A stretch of DNA of 64,000 nt from a virus, in the IMG/VR virus record IMGVR_UViG_3300045918_000320, positions 1 through 64,000 of that record, one strand, 5' to 3'. This document shows, piece by piece, positions 20,733 through 31,457 of this stretch. How positions within the stretch are numbered: position 1 is the first letter of the stretch; every line of letters starts with the position of its first letter. The notes under the pieces were generated by a model that saw only the letters and a program-made list of their open reading frames with translations, searched no databases and had not been told where the DNA came from. The position numbers and the translations under genes were made by a program.

Positions 20733-22076
20733 TTAAATATTGGTAACTGTAGCTCTGAATTTAATTGTGTTAGATACAAATCCAGCAGAGTTAGCTGAAG
20801 TATATTGTACTTGTCCACCTGAAGTTATACTAAACACTACTCCAGAATCATCTCCTACGCCATTTACAGACATTACAAATCCTGTACCTGTTTGTATACC
20901 CATTAGTTCGAAAGTCTCGTATAAGCTTGCTGTAGCGTTTATAGCAACACTTACTTGAGCTTTAAAGCTTCTAACTACTGAACTAGAAAAAGCTAGACCA
21001 GTTACATTTGCCACAGAAGTTACGTTATTAGATGCTGAAAAAGAAGTGTGAGAAATATCCCCTAAAGTAGAAGAAGATCCAATTAAAGAATCGGCATAAG
21101 CTTTAACAGCTTTTGCTGAAGGTAAAGTATCATCACTAGCAGATACGGAACTTAAATCTGTATCTAATACTCCAGAAGCTAACATAGCTACTGTTAAATT
21201 AGAAATTGTATTACTAGAAGCATCAATTGTTTTGTTAGTTAAAGTAGCTGTAGCACTATTTTTTGTAGCATCAGAAGTATTGTCAACATTTCCTAACGAA
21301 ACATCAGATTTAGTAAGAGTTACTACTCCGGTTTGTCCGTTTACCGAAACTACAGTATTAGAATTAATTGACTTTTCCCAAATTGAACCAGAATAAACTG
21401 CCCAATCACCTACTGCAAAAGATATTGCACCTGCACCAAAATTATAAGATCCGGCTACACTTGCTAAATAAACCATACCAGCATTAGCAGCAGAATCTCC
21501 ATTTAAAAGTGGAGTAGCTGGAGTAGCTGAAGCATCAAAAGTTCCTTCATAAGTCATTACTGAGTTTGGAAGTTGAGAAGCTGGAACTTTACCTCCAGCA
21601 TCTAGAGTAGCTACACCTGAATTAGCACCTTTTTCAGAAGTGTTAATTTTTAATGCTAAAGCGTCAAATACAGCGTTTTGAGAAGGAGCTACATCTGTAA
21701 CTGCATCTGCGATACTATCTGCTACTGCAGCAGATTTTGCGGCTGAAGAAAAGTCAGAAATTGTAGCTGCTAATTGAGTACCAGTATGGTTAGCTCTATT
21801 AGTAGCGTCTACATTTGGTACATTTCCTAATCCAACTTGTGCTTTTGTAACACTATGGGGATTAGAAGTATTACTTGTATGCGAAGTTAAATCACTTGCA
21901 TTAGCTTTATTTCCAATTTGAGTTTGAATTGCACTGGTAACTCCGGATAAATATCCAAGTTCAGTGTTAGATACTGCAGAAGATTCAACTTCTCCAGAAG
22001 CACTAATTTGTAATGCTTTACTTGCCGTTTCTGCTGGGAGTTTTAACTTCCCTGTAATTTTAAATGGTGCTGTCAT
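20733..22076 (-). CDS. Tail fibre protein
   Basis: GVATLDAGGKVPASQLP, VVSVNGQTGVVTL and GNVDNTSDATKN fibre modules. Confidence 0.75.
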   Translation of the reverse strand: MTAPFKITGKLKLPAETASKALQISASGEVESSAVSNTELGYLSGVTSAIQTQIGNKANASDLTSHTSNTSNPHSVTKAQVGLGNVPNVDATNRANHTGTQLAATISDFSSAAKSAAVADSIADAVTDVAPSQNAVFDALALKINTSEKGANSGVATLDAGGKVPASQLPNSVMTYEGTFDASATPATPLLNGDSAANAGMVYLASVAGSYNFGAGAISFAVGDWAVYSGSIWEKSINSNTVVSVNGQTGVVTLTKSDVSLGNVDNTSDATKNSATATLTNKTIDASSNTISNLTVAMLASGVLDTDLSSVSASDDTLPSAKAVKAYADSLIGSSSTLGDISHTSFSASNNVTSVANVTGLAFSSSVVRSFKAQVSVAINATASLYETFELMGIQTGTGFVMSVNGVGDDSGVVFSITSGGQVQYTSANSAGFVSNTIKFRATVTNI

Positions 22077-22086
22077 AGTTTTCTCC

Positions 22087-22779
22087 TTATTCTATTATTA
22101 TTTTTCCTACAAACCGAGTATCGGGCGTAATCACTGCATAAATTGTTATATTATTACTTGTATCAATATTTACTGGAGCAATTAATAAATCAAAACTACT
22201 TCCATTATTTTCGTAACAATTTACTACAGGATTTGCTATAGCATGTGTACTAAATGGAATAGTTAAGACATATTCTCCAGAAAATGTAGCCCAATCTGTT
22301 AAAGTAATAGTTTTAACATATTTTGTAGCTAAGCTAGAGCCTCCTCCGCCTACAGATCTAATATCTATAATATTTGGAGAAATGCTAGAAATAATTACAC
22401 TACTATCACTAGAAATTAATTCTAAAGTATCTAATCCTGTTAAATCTCCGTCAGGAGTAGTTATAGTATGTACTCCAGAAGTTAATTGAAATCCGCTACC
22501 AACTAATTCAACTAATCCGCCTATTGCTGAGAATACTGTACATTCTAATCTGACAAAATCATACATACTAACAGTAAAATCTTTTTGACCAGATCCAGTT
22601 AGAGTATCAACTATTGTCCAAGTATCCTGACCAGCAATTCTTCCGTATAAAACTATAGTATTACTCGGAGCTGCTCGATTAGTAATTAATCTTATTTTTG
22701 TATCATCCGTAATGTCAATTTCGGGAGCAAATACACTTGCACCTTGTAGGTATTCTTTAATACCAAATTTATTTGACAT
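22087..22779 (-). CDS. Structural protein (paralog of 19933..20670)
   Basis: Shared N-terminal domain; beta-rich. Confidence 0.6.
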   Translation of the reverse strand: MSNKFGIKEYLQGASVFAPEIDITDDTKIRLITNRAAPSNTIVLYGRIAGQDTWTIVDTLTGSGQKDFTVSMYDFVRLECTVFSAIGGLVELVGSGFQLTSGVHTITTPDGDLTGLDTLELISSDSSVIISSISPNIIDIRSVGGGGSSLATKYVKTITLTDWATFSGEYVLTIPFSTHAIANPVVNCYENNGSSFDLLIAPVNIDTSNNITIYAVITPDTRFVGKIIIE

Positions 22780-22791
22780 TTTATTCCTTTT

Positions 22792-23214
22792 TTATTTTAC
22801 TCTTCTAGAAATTTTATAAACTAACACTTCTAAACTATCAGCTTGCCCAGCTAATAAATTTTGTGTACCTACTGATACTGAAGGATCTTTACAAGCTTGA
22901 TCTAACATTGTTAAAGTAGCTTGTAATTGTTTTAGAATTTCCATATAAAATTCTTTATTTTCCGAAACACCTTTAGTTTTTAATTGAGATAAAATCTCTG
23001 TAGCTTTTTGATTAATTAACATTAAATCTACATGTTCTTCGCCATTTAATCCAATATGTCTTTCAATTAATTGATCGTAAAAATCTTCTGCTTGTCCGTA
23101 AACTTCAGCAAAAAATGCATGGTCGGGGAAGAATGCTACTTTAGCAGCTAAATGGTGAGCTTGTACAGCAAAAAGGTATAAAGCACGATAATGAACAGCA
23201 ATTTGTAACAACAT
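22792..23214 (-). CDS. Ferritin/Dps-like four-helix-bundle protein
   Basis: AHHLAAKVAFFPDHAFFAEVY..AEDFYDQLIERHIGL matches the Dps H...F...H...Y...D..AER..LG pattern. Confidence 0.7.
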   Translation of the reverse strand: MLLQIAVHYRALYLFAVQAHHLAAKVAFFPDHAFFAEVYGQAEDFYDQLIERHIGLNGEEHVDLMLINQKATEILSQLKTKGVSENKEFYMEILKQLQATLTMLDQACKDPSVSVGTQNLLAGQADSLEVLVYKISRRVK

Positions 23215-23223
23215 AAAAAGCTC

Positions 23224-23817
23224 CTATATTTTAGCTCTAAGTACTGCTATTTGATTATCTATTGATACTATAAAACTATTATCTCCAGAAATTACAGCTT
23301 CTCTTACTCTTCTTGGAGTAATACTAGCTTCTAATTCTGCTATTTCTTTTTGTATAGCTTCTTTAGAATTTTTTAATTCTACTACAGCTACAAAGTCAAA
23401 TAATTCATCTCTAGTTGGACATGGAATATTCGTAAATCTCCAATCCTGAATTTGTCCATTTACAATATTTATAGAATCATTTTCTGTATCTCTCAATGCA
23501 GATTTATCTTTTAAATATTCTTCAATTAATATTGCTATATCAATTTCTTTTATACAGATATTTTTGTGAGCATTTAAAATTTCTTCTGTAGAAGGAAATA
23601 CTTCAAAATAAGTTTCTGTTGCCTGAATAGTTTCGTCGTATGCTGGTAAAGCAGATTCAATTACAGTCTCTCCATTCATTCTAGCCGGTACTGCATCGTG
23701 ATGAATTACTTGATCCACAATTCTAGTCTTAGCTATTTTGTCAAATCCTGTAGAAGTGATTACAAAATCTACTCCTTCTTTTAATCCAAATTGTTCTAAT
23801 ATTTTTTTATAGTTCAT
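23224..23817 (-). CDS. Putative tail fibre assembly/chaperone protein
   Basis: Follows the large fibre gene; C-terminal EIAELEASITPRRVREA...IDNQIAVLRAKI pattern. Confidence 0.55.
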   Translation of the reverse strand: MNYKKILEQFGLKEGVDFVITSTGFDKIAKTRIVDQVIHHDAVPARMNGETVIESALPAYDETIQATETYFEVFPSTEEILNAHKNICIKEIDIAILIEEYLKDKSALRDTENDSINIVNGQIQDWRFTNIPCPTRDELFDFVAVVELKNSKEAIQKEIAELEASITPRRVREAVISGDNSFIVSIDNQIAVLRAKI

Positions 23818-23851
23818 TTTCTATCCTTTGCTGTGTTATGTACTTGTAACA

Positions 23852-26800
23852 CTATTTAATTTTTTCTATTAAGAACGATGTATAAATTTCATTTTCCCCA
23901 TCAGTAAATGCAGCACCTCTACCGTTTGTCTGTGCCCCTATATCTTGTAATTCAAATATACAAGTTTGAGTTATAGTAAATATTCCATCAATTGTAGAAG
24001 TATTTGCATCTGCTATTGCTGATACTCTACCTAATTTTAAACCTACTGCTGAAGTAGTTCCTGTAGTTATATTTCTAAGTCTTGAACTTAAAGAAGATGC
24101 ACCTGCTGAACCTGTATAAAAAGAAACTCCTCCACTAATAGAATAAGTTCCTGCTGCTAATTGAACTTGAGTATTAGTACCGTTTGTTCCTGTAAATGCT
24201 GAAGAGTTTTGTACAATTCCAAAAGGGTCTATTAAAGTATTTATTGGTCTAGCTGAAAAAGATGATAATGTATTTCCACCATTTGTACCTGAAGTATATT
24301 GAGTAGAAATATGTGCAATCTTTGGCATTAAATTAGGTAACGAAACTAAACTAGGTGATTTTGAAGCATTGATTACGAAGTAACCTGAAGTGTAAGAACT
24401 TGCTGCAGCATCTTGTCCAATATACCTTACTGTGCTAGTTAAAAATGGAGAACCTGCATCAATTGTTAATACTCCAGTTACTTCATTATACATAACCCGT
24501 GTACCAATTTCAGTGTTTGTGCTGAATATTGACCAATCTGTACTTATAGTTGTACTTTTTGCTAAAGCAGCATAAGCATTTACTTGATAAGATTTTAATC
24601 CAATTCCAATAAATATATCTGCCCTAGCTGGTAAAGCTGAAGTTGATGCGGTATTATATGGTCTTGAAAAGATCTGAATACCGTTTGTATTCATAGAACT
24701 TGTAGTTTGAGTAGGTGCCGTATTAGCTATGACAGCACTAACACTGTTAGCAGCATAAGTATAAGTATTAAAAGTCCCTATAGCATCCGAAGTAGTGATA
24801 GCAGTACTCTTAAATACAAAACTCATTGTATCTGAACTTACTTGTTGAGTTGGAGAGGCTGTAGCTCCGTTGTCGGCTGTGGCTAGGATATTTACTTGTG
24901 TAAAACCAGTTAAATTAGTGCTAGACCTTTGTAATCTTATTACATCGTTAGCTGTTAATCTTATTGTAGTAGATGCACCAATAAAATAAATATTAGATGT
25001 ATCTTCTACTGCCATTATTCCATTAGGTACTCCAGTAGTAAGAGTTGTTGAGTTTTTTGTTACATAATAAGTAGTAGTACCTGAAGCAGTAGCATTTGCA
25101 CTTAATGTAAATGCACAATCTTTTAATGCTTTAAAGCTAGTACCATTCACAGAATCACTAATGACTTGAATTACTCCAACATTTGTATTCTTGGTTATGT
25201 TTAAAACTGGTACACCTGTATTTGTAGAACCAAAAGTTGATGTAGCTGTTAATGCTTCAATCGCTTCTGTATCAGTAGTCTTCATATTCACAAAAGGGGT
25301 TACGTCTACTGAGGTTAAATTAGGTTTACCGACTTTTGAGATAGTGAATTTAGCTTCAAATGTTCCATCTGAACCTGTAGATGTTCCGTTAGAGTGTGCT
25401 CTTATTACATCTCCTGCTTGTAAGTATCCTTGCCAAGAAACTGTATTCGAGTATGATGAGTTCTCCGAGTGAGAGTTAGATAAAACTTCAGAAGGATTGG
25501 CTAGTAAAAATATATTTACAGTTGGTTGAGTTGTATTTTTTGTAATACCGAACTCAGAAACTGTGGAAAAAAGATCTGAGTATGATATACCATAAGTTCC
25601 ACTTGTATTTACAGTAAAATACCCACCTAAAGCAGCATCATCAGTATAAGTAATATCTCCACCAATATTTTGAACAGTATTAGAAAATCTTCTAATTTTT
25701 GTATTAGTACTCCCATACCCATTTGCAGTACGTAGTTGAACACAAGAATCCGACTGACTCCACTGAGGTAAAACATTAGAGAAATTTGCTGCAATTGACG
25801 TTTCTGTGAGTGAGAGATTAAATTGATTTGTCCCTACCGAAACTATAGTAGTATTTCCAGATATTCTTATTTTATCTCCTATATTTACATACCCACTCCA
25901 CGACAGAGTCTTAACTCTCGAAGCCACGTTACTTGATACCGACATAGCCTCGCTAGCTAGTGGATCTGTAGTAAGCACTTGCATATTTTTAGTAATAAAG
26001 AATGTACCGTCAGCAGAATTTACGGAAGCATTTACCGATAAACTCCCTGCTTTATTTACCGTAACCACTGTACCGTTAGCGGCACTATTTACTACACTCC
26101 ACGCATCCCCTTGAGTAATAGTTTGTGTGTCAAACTTTACCGTGTAGGTATCTGTACTCCCTCTAGCACTAGCACCTTCAAATCTCAATTGATGAGTTGG
26201 GATAGTGATTTTAGAATCAGAAGATACGTTAAGTTGTTTTAGTGAACCCTGTTTAGAGATACTAAATTTAGCTTCTAAAGTACCGTTTGTTCCTGCCGGA
26301 GAACCATTTGTATGACATCTTATAACATCATTTACATATAAATATCTTGTAGTTTGTGCTGTGCTGAATAAGTTAGCAGCGGAGCCGACACCAATTGCAA
26401 TTAATTCTGAAGCATTTGTTAGTGAATCCACGTTTGTAGTTGGTTGGGTAGTATTTAAAGTAATACCAACATATGGAGCAGTGTTTACTGCTTCTACAAA
26501 CATCATTGAGTACATACCCTCTTCTTTAATTACAAAAGAAGCTCCTAAAGCAGCATCATCAATATACTGAATTGAACTTCCTAAATTTTGATGTATATTT
26601 GAAAATCTTCTAATTTTAGTATTAGTTGAGCCGTATCCATTAGCAGTTCTTACTGCAATAATACTATCAGGAGTCTGAACTAATTGAGCTGTAGTAAGAG
26701 GGATTGTAGTAGTTGTAGAAGTAGAAGCTGTTAGTCCTGCAATTGGTACTGAAGCAAAGAAAGAAAAAGTCATACCAGAAGTAGCAAAAACCGAGCCTGT

Positions 26801-28801
26801 TACTTTTGTCAATCCAGCATTTGAGCCGTTTTGAATACCAAATGTCATATATGTAACAGATGGCTCAATTAAAGTTTCCCAAACTGACCCAGAAGCAGTT
26901 AATGATGTCATGTGACCAATCATAGATATACTAGGAATTATAGAACTACTTGCACTTGTAGCTGAATTTGGTAAAGATATTCTAGCCTCTACAGCAGTAG
27001 TAGTCCCAGAAACAAACTTACCTCTAATCTCGTAATTTTCCCCAACTTGTCTCCATTCAAATTCTACAGCAGATGGTGTACCAAATCCTGTAAATGTTGG
27101 AGTATAGCTAGTCCAAGAAGTACTGTTAAAAGTATTCGTTGTAATACTTGTACTAGTTAAAGCTGTGGCTGTTAATTGTACTACAATGTCATCTAAATAT
27201 GATTCTGTATTGGCTTCAACTACTGAAGAAATTGTATAAGACAAACTTAAGCAATTGGCTGGTACATCAAAACTAAATGATTTTCTATTTACTAAATCTG
27301 AAATTCTAATACCTGTAGATACACCTGTAGCAGCTTGAGATAGAGTAGCTGTTAAAGTAGAAGTATTTAAAGCTGTAATTGTTGTACCAACTGGAATAGC
27401 ACTACCTGTAATTACCATACCTACTTTAAGTGTATTAAATGCACTTGTAGTCATTCCTGTAAGAGAGGTAGAAGCATTAGCAGTAGTAGCTGTTAAAGCT
27501 TGAGAGTTAGTAGCTATAGCTTGAGATGCTTTTAAAGTAGTAGAATTAGTTTCATCTGTAATTAATATATTTAAATTACCTGAAGTAGCAGTTGATACTA
27601 CATCTAAATTTAATGTTAAGTTTTTACCTCTAAACTTTTTATCTACTGCAATTACTTTTTTGAATGATTTAATTGAAGTAGAGTGTTGTAGTCTAAATGA
27701 TTTTGTACCATGAAGTACTATTGGAGTATCTAATATTTCTAAGCCAGTTTGAGTATAATCTGTTAAAGAAGAGTTATCGGCTATATCTGAATTTAGTATA
27801 CTAACATCAGAAATACCTCCAGCTCCACCTACTGCTGATAATAAATTATTTTTAATTACAAAAGTTTCTTGAGTATCTGTAGCAAAAACCATCTGACCGT
27901 CAGTAGCAGTTAATGCATAAGTAGTTAAATTAGACTTAGTATCTTTTTTTAAGTCTAGTCTAATTGGAGATTGTATACTAGCCCCTGTAATAGTTTTATT
28001 TGTAAGGGTAGCTGTAGCACTATTTTTTGTAGCATCTGAGGTGTTATCTACGTTTCCTAATCCTACCATAGTTTTATCGATACCAGATACAGTACCAGTA
28101 AAAGTTGGAGAGGATATATTAGCTTTTAAATTTAAAGCAGTTTGAGTAGCTGTAGATACCGGTTTATTTACATCAGAAGTATTGTCAACATTACTTAAGC
28201 CGACATCAGATTTTGTAATTCCTGTAGGTGTGTTAATTACAGGAGAAGTTAAAGTTTTATTTGTAAGAGTTTGTGTATCTGTAGTTCCTACTACATCACC
28301 TATTACTCCATGCACTCCAGAATTAGCATTTATGTGAGCATAAGCATCAGTTATAGTACTTGATAAATCAGCAGCAATTACTTCTATAGCAGCTTGAACA
28401 TTTGTAGCTCCTAATACAGTAACAGTATCATCGTAAATTATTTCAGAGGCTTCATCTTTAGATTGAATTCTTGTATCAACATAACTTTTTACTGCTTTAG
28501 CAGACGGAAGTGTGTCGTCAGAAGCGGATACAGAAGTAAGGTCAGTATCTAATACTCCTGATGCTAGCATTGGAACAGTAATATTACTTACAGTATTATT
28601 TGCTGCATCTATATTTTTATTAGTTAAAGTTTGAGCTTGATCTGCTGTAATTATTTCTCTTACTGCACCATTTAAATATGCTTTTAAAAGATGAGAAGTA
28701 GAGTTTACAAATAATGCACCTTCTATATTATCTGAAATATCTGTAGTATTTCCTCTTAATTCTATACCTTTTACAAAATAACGTAAATTGCTTGTTGACA
28801 T
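23852..28801 (-). CDS. Large tail fibre / receptor-binding protein with tandem beta-sandwich (C1q-like) domains
   Basis: 1649 aa, S/T-rich; duplicated RTANGYGSTNTKIRRFSN...DDAALG...EAKFxISK domains; N-terminal modules shared with 20733..22076. Confidence 0.8.
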   Translation of the reverse strand: MSTSNLRYFVKGIELRGNTTDISDNIEGALFVNSTSHLLKAYLNGAVREIITADQAQTLTNKNIDAANNTVSNITVPMLASGVLDTDLTSVSASDDTLPSAKAVKSYVDTRIQSKDEASEIIYDDTVTVLGATNVQAAIEVIAADLSSTITDAYAHINANSGVHGVIGDVVGTTDTQTLTNKTLTSPVINTPTGITKSDVGLSNVDNTSDVNKPVSTATQTALNLKANISSPTFTGTVSGIDKTMVGLGNVDNTSDATKNSATATLTNKTITGASIQSPIRLDLKKDTKSNLTTYALTATDGQMVFATDTQETFVIKNNLLSAVGGAGGISDVSILNSDIADNSSLTDYTQTGLEILDTPIVLHGTKSFRLQHSTSIKSFKKVIAVDKKFRGKNLTLNLDVVSTATSGNLNILITDETNSTTLKASQAIATNSQALTATTANASTSLTGMTTSAFNTLKVGMVITGSAIPVGTTITALNTSTLTATLSQAATGVSTGIRISDLVNRKSFSFDVPANCLSLSYTISSVVEANTESYLDDIVVQLTATALTSTSITTNTFNSTSWTSYTPTFTGFGTPSAVEFEWRQVGENYEIRGKFVSGTTTAVEARISLPNSATSASSSIIPSISMIGHMTSLTASGSVWETLIEPSVTYMTFGIQNGSNAGLTKVTGSVFATSGMTFSFFASVPIAGLTASTSTTTTIPLTTAQLVQTPDSIIAVRTANGYGSTNTKIRRFSNIHQNLGSSIQYIDDAALGASFVIKEEGMYSMMFVEAVNTAPYVGITLNTTQPTTNVDSLTNASELIAIGVGSAANLFSTAQTTRYLYVNDVIRCHTNGSPAGTNGTLEAKFSISKQGSLKQLNVSSDSKITIPTHQLRFEGASARGSTDTYTVKFDTQTITQGDAWSVVNSAANGTVVTVNKAGSLSVNASVNSADGTFFITKNMQVLTTDPLASEAMSVSSNVASRVKTLSWSGYVNIGDKIRISGNTTIVSVGTNQFNLSLTETSIAANFSNVLPQWSQSDSCVQLRTANGYGSTNTKIRRFSNTVQNIGGDITYTDDAALGGYFTVNTSGTYGISYSDLFSTVSEFGITKNTTQPTVNIFLLANPSEVLSNSHSENSSYSNTVSWQGYLQAGDVIRAHSNGTSTGSDGTFEAKFTISKVGKPNLTSVDVTPFVNMKTTDTEAIEALTATSTFGSTNTGVPVLNITKNTNVGVIQVISDSVNGTSFKALKDCAFTLSANATASGTTTYYVTKNSTTLTTGVPNGIMAVEDTSNIYFIGASTTIRLTANDVIRLQRSSTNLTGFTQVNILATADNGATASPTQQVSSDTMSFVFKSTAITTSDAIGTFNTYTYAANSVSAVIANTAPTQTTSSMNTNGIQIFSRPYNTASTSALPARADIFIGIGLKSYQVNAYAALAKSTTISTDWSIFSTNTEIGTRVMYNEVTGVLTIDAGSPFLTSTVRYIGQDAAASSYTSGYFVINASKSPSLVSLPNLMPKIAHISTQYTSGTNGGNTLSSFSARPINTLIDPFGIVQNSSAFTGTNGTNTQVQLAAGTYSISGGVSFYTGSAGASSLSSRLRNITTGTTSAVGLKLGRVSAIADANTSTIDGIFTITQTCIFELQDIGAQTNGRGAAFTDGENEIYTSFLIEKIK

Positions 28802-28819
28802 TTTATTTTCTCCGAATAA

Positions 28820-29287
28820 TTAAGAATTAAGTATACCAATGCCTCTAAATTTAATTAATCCAGAATATAGTCCGGAAGTTAAATTAGAAGATTTATATTG
28901 TACTTGCCCTTGTAATGTTATATCAAATGTTACTCCAGAATTACCTATACCGTCTTGTTGCAGTATCCATCCTGTACTTGTACGCAATCCTACTAATACA
29001 AATTCTTCTGCTAATTCAATAGCACCTGAAGTACGATAAATATTTCCACGTACTGCAAAAGATCTAACTATAGTTGGATTAAATTTAAAATCAGGAATAT
29101 CTGTAAGTGTTGTAACATTGTTTGCAATAATAGCTGCAGTTTCGAGAATGTCTGAAGTACCTTTTAGGGAATTAAGTACTTTAGTAACTTCGGCAGCCCA
29201 TCCAGTAGCATTCTCTCCCCAAGGCGGATTTTCACCATTCTCTGGATAGTCGAATGGAATATTATTTACTGTTAGTGTTATAGCCAA
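28820..29287 (-). CDS. Structural protein sharing a domain with the C-terminus of 20733..22076
   Basis: NNVT...VRSF...ExFxLxG...SGVxFxIT..GQVQY in both; own late promoter. Confidence 0.65.
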   Translation of the reverse strand: MAITLTVNNIPFDYPENGENPPWGENATGWAAEVTKVLNSLKGTSDILETAAIIANNVTTLTDIPDFKFNPTIVRSFAVRGNIYRTSGAIELAEEFVLVGLRTSTGWILQQDGIGNSGVTFDITLQGQVQYKSSNLTSGLYSGLIKFRGIGILNS

Positions 29288-29312
29288 AATACACCTCTCA
29301 AAAGGAAATTCT

Positions 29313-29329
29313 CTATAAGTAGTTGTTAA
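29313..29329 (-). promoter_or_regulatory. Late promoter motif TTAACAACTACTTATAG
   Basis: Exact copy. Confidence 0.8.
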
Positions 29330-29366
29330 AACTCCGAATTAGAGATGTATTTTAGATGAAAATAGA

Positions 29367-30092
29367 TTATTCTGGTAACTTATTGGATTTTTTAATGTTA
29401 TCTACTGCCCACATAGGTTTTAAATTACTGTAATGACAAAGCTTATATATTTCTTCTACTGTTTTTGCTGAATCTAGCGGTACATGGTGATCGATATGAA
29501 TATTTCCAGCATATACTTCCTCCCAAGACATATTTCCAGTAAATTGATTCTCTATATGTTGTCTAAATTCTCCTTCTGAACACCCTATATACTCTACAAA
29601 TTTACGTTTTGCAGTCCATCCTTTTTTTCTTAATGCGTCATGAGTTCTACATCTACATCTTCTTTTTAAAACAAAAATAGAATCTGATTTATATCTTTCT
29701 TTTTGTCTTCTATTTGCATTTTTAAATATTTTTTCCTTATTATTTTTATAATAAGTAATTACTTTTTCTTTAATAATTTCTTTATTTTTAATATACCTTA
29801 TTTTTGATTTTATTACTCTGCAAGATTTACATTCTGCAAAAAGTCCATTACTATTATTTTTATCTTTGTGAAAATTATCAAAAGGTAGCCAATTAGTACA
29901 TAGACAACATCTTTTAGTATTGTTTTCTAAATTTACTACTACCTCTCTGGGTTTGCATCCACTTAATCTACGTTTTTCTGATTTTCTGCAGTCATTACAT
30001 TGATGATGCGGAATTCTTTTTCCAGATTGAGTTTTTACTGAAAGATATTCTATTAATGATTTTTCTATTTTACAAAGATTACAAATTTTCAT
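29367..30092 (-). CDS. HNH homing endonuclease with Zn-ribbon repeats
   Basis: CxxC pairs; HIDHHVPL...CHYSNLKPMWAVDNIKKSN. Confidence 0.85.
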   Translation of the reverse strand: MKICNLCKIEKSLIEYLSVKTQSGKRIPHHQCNDCRKSEKRRLSGCKPREVVVNLENNTKRCCLCTNWLPFDNFHKDKNNSNGLFAECKSCRVIKSKIRYIKNKEIIKEKVITYYKNNKEKIFKNANRRQKERYKSDSIFVLKRRCRCRTHDALRKKGWTAKRKFVEYIGCSEGEFRQHIENQFTGNMSWEEVYAGNIHIDHHVPLDSAKTVEEIYKLCHYSNLKPMWAVDNIKKSNKLPE

Positions 30093-30110
30093 ATTACTCC
30101 TAACAGTATT

Positions 30111-30127
30111 CTACTAGTAGTTGTTAA
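30111..30127 (-). promoter_or_regulatory. Late promoter motif (TTAACAACTACTAGTAG)
   Basis: Exact core, upstream of the HNH gene SD. Confidence 0.75.
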
Positions 30128-30168
30128 ATAAGTCAAGCTTTTGTAGTTATTTTGGTATAAATAAAATG

Positions 30169-30195
30169 AAAAAAAAAGGGAGCCTGACGGCTCCC
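30169..30195 (-). terminator. Intrinsic terminator after the major capsid gene
   Basis: GGGAGCC-gtca-GGCTCCC followed by T9 on the minus strand. Confidence 0.85.
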
Positions 30196-30224
30196 AAAAC
30201 TTAAAGAACTTAAGTTAGCAAAGT

Positions 30225-31457
30225 TTATGGATGTGTAATTCCGCTAAGTAATAGTGTTCTACCTATTGCTTTAGAGAACAAAGCTTGATTAGAATAACAT
30301 CTTAACTCATATCCAGCATTGTTTGGAGCGATAGTTAAGAAATTATCTGGTAATCCCGGAAGAGAGAAAGTTACATCAGTAGCACCGATTCTTAAGAAAT
30401 CTTCAGTAGCTATAACGTAAGCATATCCTTCTTTACAGTAAATAGAAGAATGAATTTCGATTTTTCCAGCTTGGTGGAAGAATTCGATAGCCATAGTTCC
30501 ATTTTCTAATTTCTTAGTTGAATAAGAAGAATCGAAACGTCTTAAAGCAGCTTGATCTTTCATTAAAGAAGCCCAAGTTTTTGGGTTAACGATACAGATA
30601 GTATCTGACTCTAAACCTTTTTCTACTGGACGAGACATTTTTTTAATAAGTACTTCAAAAGTAAGTTCTCCACCTACGTTTTCTACGTTACCTTTCCACA
30701 ATTCGTATTGAGCAGCATTAATATCGAAAAGTGTGCTTGTATTAGATAAGATTTTATGTAATCCAGCAGCTTCTTTTCCGTTAGCTCCGGCAGGAAGAAT
30801 AACGTCAAGATCTTGAACAGCAGCAGAAGAAGTTGTAAAAACTACTCTTTTGTTATCAAAATCAATAGAAGAAATTACGAATACACCACGAGATGTAGCA
30901 AAAGTTGGATCGAAAATTTCAACTTTCATATCTTTAGCTCCAGAGAAAACTCCCGGTGCCCATTCAGCAGCTACGATATCGATTTGTGAACTAGTTACTG
31001 AACCAGCTTTTACAACACCAATATTAGTTTGACCGTACATTAAAGAAACTTCAAGTTTCTTTGACATAGATTCCGCCATTGCTTGAACGATATATTTAGT
31101 AGCGTTTTCGAAAGCTCTTTGTCCTTTTGCTGGAGCTGATGCCAATAGATCGTAAGCGATTACTGATCTAAGTAACATTTGAGCACCTTTTACTCTTGCA
31201 TGTTTAGTTACAGAAGAGATAGCGTCATTAAGAGCGAAAGCTCCATCATCAGCGTCTGCATAAGTAACACCGTGCTCTAATTGAAGAGCTAATGGTTGGT
31301 TGTAATAGTTACCCGGCATTTTTTCTCTTGCACCGAATTTAATTAAACCTTGAAGTTTAGATTGAATAGGTATCATGTTTGATACATTGTCTGCGTACGT
31401 TTCTTTTACTAGACCGTTAAGCGTATCTAGGTTTGCTGCACCTGCTGGTAAAGCCAT
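30225..31457 (-). CDS. Major capsid protein (HK97 fold, inferred)
   Basis: 410 aa, downstream of the scaffold, strong SD, own promoter and terminator, highly biased codons, GLHKIL...LFDINAAQYELWKG segment. Confidence 0.85.
   Translation of the reverse strand: MALPAGAANLDTLNGLVKETYADNVSNMIPIQSKLQGLIKFGAREKMPGNYYNQPLALQLEHGVTYADADDGAFALNDAISSVTKHARVKGAQMLLRSVIAYDLLASAPAKGQRAFENATKYIVQAMAESMSKKLEVSLMYGQTNIGVVKAGSVTSSQIDIVAAEWAPGVFSGAKDMKVEIFDPTFATSRGVFVISSIDFDNKRVVFTTSSAAVQDLDVILPAGANGKEAAGLHKILSNTSTLFDINAAQYELWKGNVENVGGELTFEVLIKKMSRPVEKGLESDTICIVNPKTWASLMKDQAALRRFDSSYSTKKLENGTMAIEFFHQAGKIEIHSSIYCKEGYAYVIATEDFLRIGATDVTFSLPGLPDNFLTIAPNNAGYELRCYSNQALFSKAIGRTLLLSGITHP

Noticed and set aside
13995-28801. 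Diversity-generating retroelement acting on fibres
   Set aside because: No reverse transcriptase in the window, and the repeats are in-frame coding modules without adenine-specific mismatches.
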